64,000 nucleotides of DNA from Candidatus Multivorans sp. GTDB lineage: Bacteria > Acidobacteriota > Thermoanaerobaculia > Multivoradales > Multivoraceae. The notes beneath the pieces were generated by a model. The model was not told the origin of the DNA and did not search any database. It saw nothing but the letters and a program-made list of their open reading frames with translations. This document shows positions 63,812-64,000 of the stretch, piece by piece. The stretch is taken from contig OZ253534.1 of assembly GCA_965262355.1 (NCBI GenBank), forward strand, positions 3,425,794 to 3,489,793. Reading direction: 5' to 3'. Both the position numbers and the translations under genes were made by a program. Numbering within the stretch: the stretch's first letter is position 1; each line of letters starts with the position of its first letter.

Positions 63812-64000
63812 ATGGAAGAGATCGCTGTTTCGAAGTTCAAGGCGACGTGCTTGGCCGTGCTGCAGCGGGTCAACCGAACTGGGGAGTCGGTGCTAGTCAC
63901 GCGTTTCGGCAAGCCTGTCGCCGAGATCGTTCCGCCCGCGCCGGCCGTTCAGCCACGCCGGGTTCTCGGCCAGATGCGGGGTACGGCGAGTATCGTGGGT
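63812..64000 (+). CDS. Phd/YefM-family antitoxin (partial, runs off window end)
   Basis: MEEIAVSKFKATCLAVLQRVNRTGESVLVTRFGKPVAEIVPPAP… (YefM signature). Coordinates ±1. Confidence 0.6.
   Translation, partial: MEEIAVSKFKATCLAVLQRVNRTGESVLVTRFGKPVAEIVPPAPAVQPRRVLGQMRGTASIVG

Overview
High-GC (roughly 65-68%) 64-kb window, probably from an environmental bacterium with PVC-superphylum-like gene content. Supporting genes: a PSCyt/DUF1549/DUF1553 protein paired with a DUF1501 protein, a PVC-type heme-binding CxxCH protein, a sulfatase, and a DUF1080 protein. Ordinary metabolic and transport genes are interleaved with three patches of mobile or accessory DNA. (1) 1-6650: an IS630 insertion plus VapBC and Xre-RES toxin-antitoxin pairs and an orphan RHH antitoxin. 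(2) ~6650-15500: a lower-GC island carrying a 948-aa gamma-class N6-adenine methyltransferase/PD-(D/E)xK fusion (Type IIG-like restriction-modification enzyme) translationally coupled to an HNH nuclease, a decayed AAA-ATPase/PDDEXK gene and unknown ORFs. (3) 33380-39510: a degraded integrative element with MazEF, Phd-Doc, BrnT-HTH and HigBA pairs, a tyrosine-integrase remnant, TGGGTAG direct repeats and a second IS630 with an A8 -1 frameshift site. The most unusual feature is a single reading frame (50842-52689) interrupted by two in-frame TGA codons that fall exactly on catalytic Cys positions. One replaces the first Cys of a thioredoxin-fold WCxxC motif (W-U-P-P-C). The other replaces the second Cys of an AhpD-like CxxCxxxH motif (C-F-Y-U-T-T-A-H). 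Each is followed by a short hairpin. I read this as a candidate three-domain, two-selenocysteine redox-relay selenoprotein (TlpA-like Trx, DsbD-alpha-like domain, AhpD-like). Other notable items: a ~930-bp recent duplication of a TauD-family dioxygenase gene whose second copy truncates an ankyrin gene. A D-aminoacylase fused to an L-asparaginase sits in a putative D-amino-acid/peptide scavenging cluster (two S12 beta-lactamase-like hydrolases, a class III aminotransferase, a TonB-dependent receptor). A TonB-dependent receptor carries a His/Asp/Glu-rich insert. A cytochrome c domain is fused to PHM/DBH-like copper-monooxygenase motifs. tRNA-Glu(UUC) has a degenerate tandem copy of its 3' region next to a BrnTA pair. 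Two divergent genes both lose their 5' ends at ~44850. Several genes carry apparent single-nucleotide frameshifts. Many long antisense ORFs in the track are GC artefacts. Coordinates I derived by reading the sequence lines (rather than from the ORF track) may be off by 1-2 nt.
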